A program made the position numbers and the translations under genes. From Perkinsela sp. CCAP 1560/9 (taxonomy: Eukaryota > Protista > Euglenozoa: Kinetoplastea), in the NCBI GenBank assembly GCA_965644495.1, contig CBFFSA010000020.1, forward strand, positions 147,001 to 211,000: 64,000 bases of DNA. Reading direction: 5' to 3'. Below, one piece after another: positions 59,242 to 64,000 of this stretch; the first letter of the stretch is position 1; every line of letters starts with the position of its first letter. Under the pieces are notes generated by a model that saw only the letters and a program-made list of their open reading frames with translations, searched no databases and was not told the origin of the DNA.

Positions 59242-61139
59242 ATTTCAAATATATTTCGTTGATTAATTTATGTAGAAAAGCAATGGATGTTATTTTGAAT
59301 GCAAGCATCGGTTTGGGCTCACAGTTTGTAATTTTTTCTTTCGAATCTCTAGAATTGAGTCGAGTACTTCATGGAATTCTTTCACCGTGCTCTGCCACAC
59401 ATTAACCAACCAGACCTCTTGTCTTGCGCATTATTGTCCTCTCTTTTCCCACTAACACCCCATCACCCGATTACCCATACACAGCAGTGGAGTAGAAACT
59501 CCATTTACAGCGCTTAGGCACTCAAAAACACATGATAGAAAGAATTGCGCCGCGAAGCGGCGCGCTTTTTTTTTGAGGGGGAAAAATTTTGATCCTCGAC
59601 CTGAAACATACTACCCTCCCCCCACTTATAGTGCCGTTTGGTCGAAAACCGCGGCACTATAAGTGGGGGGGGCACAGTAACTTAAGAAAGCACGTGCAGT
59701 GATGACCAAAGTAATACCCCCTCACGATCGGCTCTTTTATATCTGTTTCTGCTATTTTTTGTTGCATTCGAGATATCTCGTTCTCGTAGCGCGTTGGTGA
59801 TATTTTGATTTTTTTAGCCTTTCCAGTTAAAAGAGGACCCAAGAGGGACCGTAATTGCGCTTGTATTTCTTGGCGCAGTGCCGCACACCATCCGCCAATT
59901 CTATTTCGTTTAGCGATGAGGGCGTGTTGTTTTCACAGATCAGTAACAGTAGAAGGTTGTTGCGAGGAGGGTTGTCTGTGGAAAAAGGGATAATGTTGTG
60001 AGGCCCTCCTTGCAACAATCCCGTGGCCTCGAAGTCACACTTCACGCACAGTGCTTCCCTTCAGCGAGATGGGATCCTATGAGGCTAAGGATGATTTTTC
60101 TTCAACAAGCGAACCCTCGACACCCCTGGCCTTAGGTCACTTACCATACATGTAGATGAATGTGTATTGTTTTCTACGGCATTATTGACGAATTCATTGA
60201 AGAATTCGTACGGCGTGAAATTTTTTTGGAGAACACGGAGAATCTTGGCTTGATGAATCGACAGATTTGCACCCTGTCGATCTAAGACGTTAACCCACAT
60301 TTTCGGTCCCGTCCATTATTGACCAAATGATCGTGCTGGCCATCGGAGCCAATGCATAACCCTTTTCTTGGGCAGCGGCACGCGCCTCATTATAATACTT
60401 TTCATTCCTCATTTCGTTCGAAGAGTACGAGCTGTTACGGGTGGGGGTCCCTAGTAGGACCTCTTACTGTCTTGTATGGCAGAGACGTCCACCCGTTTTT
60501 CGAAATCCCCCGTCTTTGCGCTGGGACAATCTTTCTGCAAGTGTCCAATTTGATGACAAATAAAACACACGCTTTTTTCTTCCGAAGCTACCTGATCCCG
60601 TTTTCGCTTTGATTTCCTGTACGTTCTTCAGCCTCTATTTTCGAATGGATCGGTTCTGCATCAATCAAAGTTACATAAATCAAAGTTCGCGAATTAATTC
60701 TCGTAATTTCAGCGGATCTCCATCATGTGCCATCCACAATTTACATGTTAGGGGATCCATTGCAAGTTGTACGCATCTCCCCGACGTTCCACCTCGTTAT
60801 CAACTTCGATATCCTGAGCCCCTGGCTTTTCGTAGTACACACTTGAGCTGGAGAAGGCCTCCGCCTCAGCTGATGCCGAGCCCGCACCGAACCCGCAGCC
60901 CCTCAACTGCTTTCACAAAGTCCGCAGCAGGAAACAGCTTGTGAAATTTCTTAATCTTTCCTGGTGAGGTATAGAAACGTACGCTCAAAACACCACGGGA
61001 ATCCCTTGAGCGAACTCGCTTATGACGCTTAAATGGGGGGAAAACTTGGCATATTTTCGCATAAACGTATAAAAATCAATCAATAACAGTTCATTTTAAT
61101 ATAACTTCTTAATGTGCTTTTTCACCTCGAACCCAACGC

Positions 61140-61620
61140 AACTTTACGCGCTCTCACTGAACGATTCACCAACTTCGACGGCGTCAGTAGATGTGCTGTA
61201 GTTTGAGTTACTGACTTCTTCGCTCCCGTCCAGTTCCCCGTACCCGTAGTATTGAGCAACGCAATCCATCATGTTCACAAATCTCGTCTGCAAAGAGTGC
61301 TCTCGGTTGCTGTGCACCTCTCCAAACTAAACATACTGGGGTGCAACGTTCCTCCGCACTTGTGAAGTGTGGGGGAATGAAACGACGCTTGACTAGTTTC
61401 CAACGTGTGCGCCCCATGTCGTGACCTTTTACTTCCATCACAGTAGCGAACCACCATCCAACTTTACCGGTCTGTTTCCCCAGATGATATTTCCTTTTGC
61501 CAATAAAGGTCTAGTCTGCTTGCACTTTTGAAAAATTGTACGTACTCGTTTCTTCTTGGCAAAGAACCGCATTACCCGAATGGCTTAATATCGTTTCAGC
61601 TGTCTTGCGCCGTATTCCAT
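61140..61620 (-). pseudogene. Merlin/IS1595-like transposase remnant
   Basis: VQAD*TFIGKRKYHLG..GWWFATVME matches the DE-x-x-x-GKRKY and WVFG motifs. Confidence 0.6.
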
Positions 61621-61658
61621 GATTCCTTTGCGATTTGACCCATACACAAATTGTTACC

Positions 61659-61782
61659 TTGAATTTGAAACATTTGCCACAGACCTTAGAAAGTCTTTAT
61701 CTCGACCATAACGAGTTTGTCGGACCTGTGGATTTGACTCATTGGCCACTGAATTTAGTTTTGGTTAGCGTCTCGAATAACC
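61659..61782 (+). repeat. Isolated 124-bp copy of the LRR gene segment at 53667-53790
   Basis: Near-identical sequence (two substitutions seen). Confidence 0.85.
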
Positions 61783-61849
61783 TACATCCCCTCGCAATGG
61801 TATCGAACATTTAATGATTAAATTTTAATCGATTCGAATGTCCTTTACC

Positions 61850-62556
61850 TCGAAAGTACAAACCGACATGTGGCTTTTTCCGGGCACATCCTTCATGTAC
61901 AAAATTCTATGGCCAGAGCAAGCGGGAAGACGCAAAAGGCCGTGGCTCCCCACAGTGTACTGCGTTCTCCCCTTGTGTGATCTCCCCGAGACTTCGCCAG
62001 TTTGTTTTGTCATGCACTTGTAGTGCAGAGATAAGCCCCACAGTGTCTTTACCCGCATACGACGGGTGGATCACGCGAGGATTTGCCCTCGCTGGAGGAG
62101 AATGGGTGCAGAAAGCTGGCGTCCCAGGTGCAGAGAGCTCGGTTGCCATGTGCGGGTGCAGAGAGCTGTAATCCCCATATTACAGTTTCGGAGGCAATCC
62201 GGGTGCAGAAAGCTGCGACAGAGCCGAGGTGCGGAGAGCTGGGTGACCGCCAAGTGCGGAGAGCCTAAACGCGGGCAGCGAGGGACAGGTCTAGTGGTCC
62301 TCAAGGGAGGCCACCGTGACGCCTAGCTCTCTCGGGGAGGCAAGGATTGAGAAGAGAGCCGAGAGAGGGAAGCACACTCACTCCAGGGGAGTGAGTCGGG
62401 AAGGGGTGAAGGGATGAAGGAGCGTCCCCTGCTTCAGCGAGAAAGAGAGACAGTTCTGGCCTTAGCGCCGGCCGGCAACGGGTATGTAAATACAGTAAGA
62501 GTATGTCCGTTGCTGGGGAAAGAAAGGATGAACAACAAGGTACAGAAACTGTATCT
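61850..62556 (-). mobile_element. Longer member of the SL-headed non-coding SINE family
   Basis: SL 24-mer at 62533-62556; colinear with 46735-47206 plus extra GTGCAGAGAGC-type repeats; the 3' boundary is uncertain. Confidence 0.75.
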
Positions 62557-63034
62557 GTGGGACGCAAGAGAACCCAGGGCAACCTGTGCATACTGGCCTG
62601 ACCTCAGCATTGTGCCACGTTGCAGGCAGAGTTTCCGGTGCAGTGTTTAATTCACGTGATGCTTCAGCCTCAAATGCTACCTTAAAACGTAAGGAAATGT
62701 GCTCGCTTTCACGGTTTGACGGAGTATTGCTGTCAATTTTTACGGAAAACTAAAAGAGTGCTTAATAACATATAATCTAACTTCTCATCGAAGTAAACCA
62801 CTGTCCAGCTTACCATGCCCCCCGTTGAGAAGCTCGTTCAACTTCTACGGAAGTTAAAACCCCCACCGCGTTTAGCGGAGCGACTAAAAATGAAGAATTG
62901 GCTAAGAAAGCGGAAGAAAGCAGAAGGATTAGTATCAAAAATAGCCAATGTTTTTAACGAAAAATAGGGTAAAATAATTAATGTGACTAACAAATTGAAG
63001 ATTCCATAAAAAAATACATATAATTTTTGGTTTC

Positions 63035-63821
63035 ATGTTTCGGCCCATTCATGCCGCGGATATTCCAGCGCCGCAAATAGCAAGACGTGCAGCAAAGGAT
63101 TCATGCCGCGGATATTCCAGCGCCGCAAATAGCAAGACGTGCAGCAAAGGTGAGTATAACAAATCTTCCACAAGAATTTCAACTTGAGCAAGTTGTACGC
63201 GATGTTGAAAATCCGAATTCATCATGGACTACATCTACTCCGGCCTGTAAGTGGAGTGGTGTCGATTGCAACAACACCGATAGTGTAATGTCCATATCGT
63301 GGTGGTCGAGGGAATTGAAGGGTTCGTTAAACTACAGCCATCTGCCCGAAACGATTCACATCTTTTACGCCAACGTTAACCAACTCTTCGGCGAAGTGTC
63401 ACTTGAAACGTTTCCTCCGAAGCTGCGTACGTTAAGCCTTCGCAACAATCAGCTCAGCGGAACATTGGACTTGACAGCTCTCCCTCCTGATTTAAAGACT
63501 TTGGTTCTCTCTGGTAACCAATTTACAGGAGAAGTTTGCCTGACCAAATTGCCGTCGCAGCTTCGATACCTCTATCTTGGCAGGAACATGCTATCCGGAG
63601 ACCTTTGCTTCAGAAAACTGCCTAATATGGTTATACTCCGGCTTGAAGAAAATGATTTTTCTGGAGAAATTGATCTTCGTAGCATTCCACGTTCATTGGA
63701 AGAGTTAAATTTAGCAAACAACATTAATCTTTGCGGTAAGTTGAAAGAATATCACATTCCCCTACTGCTGCGCGCAGGTCTGAAGATTAAGAACACAAGG
63801 ATTGCACGTTTATTAAAATAG
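63035..63821 (+). pseudogene. LRR gene frameshifted by a 52-bp tandem duplication
   Basis: 63047-63098 is repeated at 63099-63150; the rest of the LRR frame is open. Confidence 0.75.
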
Positions 63822-64000
63822 CGTTTCTTTTATTTTGTGGACAAAATCTCAATTTCTTTTAAAGATTAGAGTTGTAGTACTGAGAAGAGTGACTCTGGGT
63901 GGGATCTCCTGGTAGCGCCTAGAAGAGCCAAGGACCTTTGTCTTAAATTTTCGTTCTACGCTTCGTTAATATAGCACATTTCGCTTATTAACACACCGAA

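Larger units (their letters stand above)
54049..59677 (+). mobile_element. pogo-like DNA transposon carrying a Ulp1-like protease, with two nested Tc1 elements
   Basis: TIR CTGTGCCCCCCCCACTTATAGTGCCGCGG (left copy split by a Tc1 at its internal TA); TA at 54047-54048 and 59678-59679. Confidence 0.85.

Noticed and set aside
59700-61050. Possible decayed minus-strand gene
   Set aside because: Composition looks coding-like, but I recognised no motif and found no continuous frame.

Overview
Eukaryotic, transposon-dense DNA, most likely from a trans-splicing euglenozoan (kinetoplastid-like). The main evidence is six retroposed elements that begin with the same spliced-leader-like sequence, (CGATAAAGATA)CAGTTTCTGTACCTTGTTG. 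Bases 1-8514 are a co-oriented, head-to-tail array of 12 A-tailed retroposed units with no spacer or target DNA between them. It holds two CRE-clade LINEs, 5'-truncated structured 3' ends, and a short element that starts exactly at the predicted cleavage site of an HDV-like ribozyme. The layout resembles terminal or telomeric retrotransposon arrays, but the chromosomal position cannot be seen from this window. The rest is a plus-strand cluster of a lineage-specific LRR gene family, including a 2922-bp unit repeated about 5 times. It is invaded by three RLE-type (HERO/NeSL-like) LINEs (one intact, 1528 aa), SL-headed non-coding SINEs, pogo and Tc1 elements (one pogo apparently fused to a Ulp1-like protease), Harbinger, Merlin and DIRS remnants, MITEs, and a bacterial-type IS30 transposase. 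All calls come from reading motifs by eye; no searches were run.
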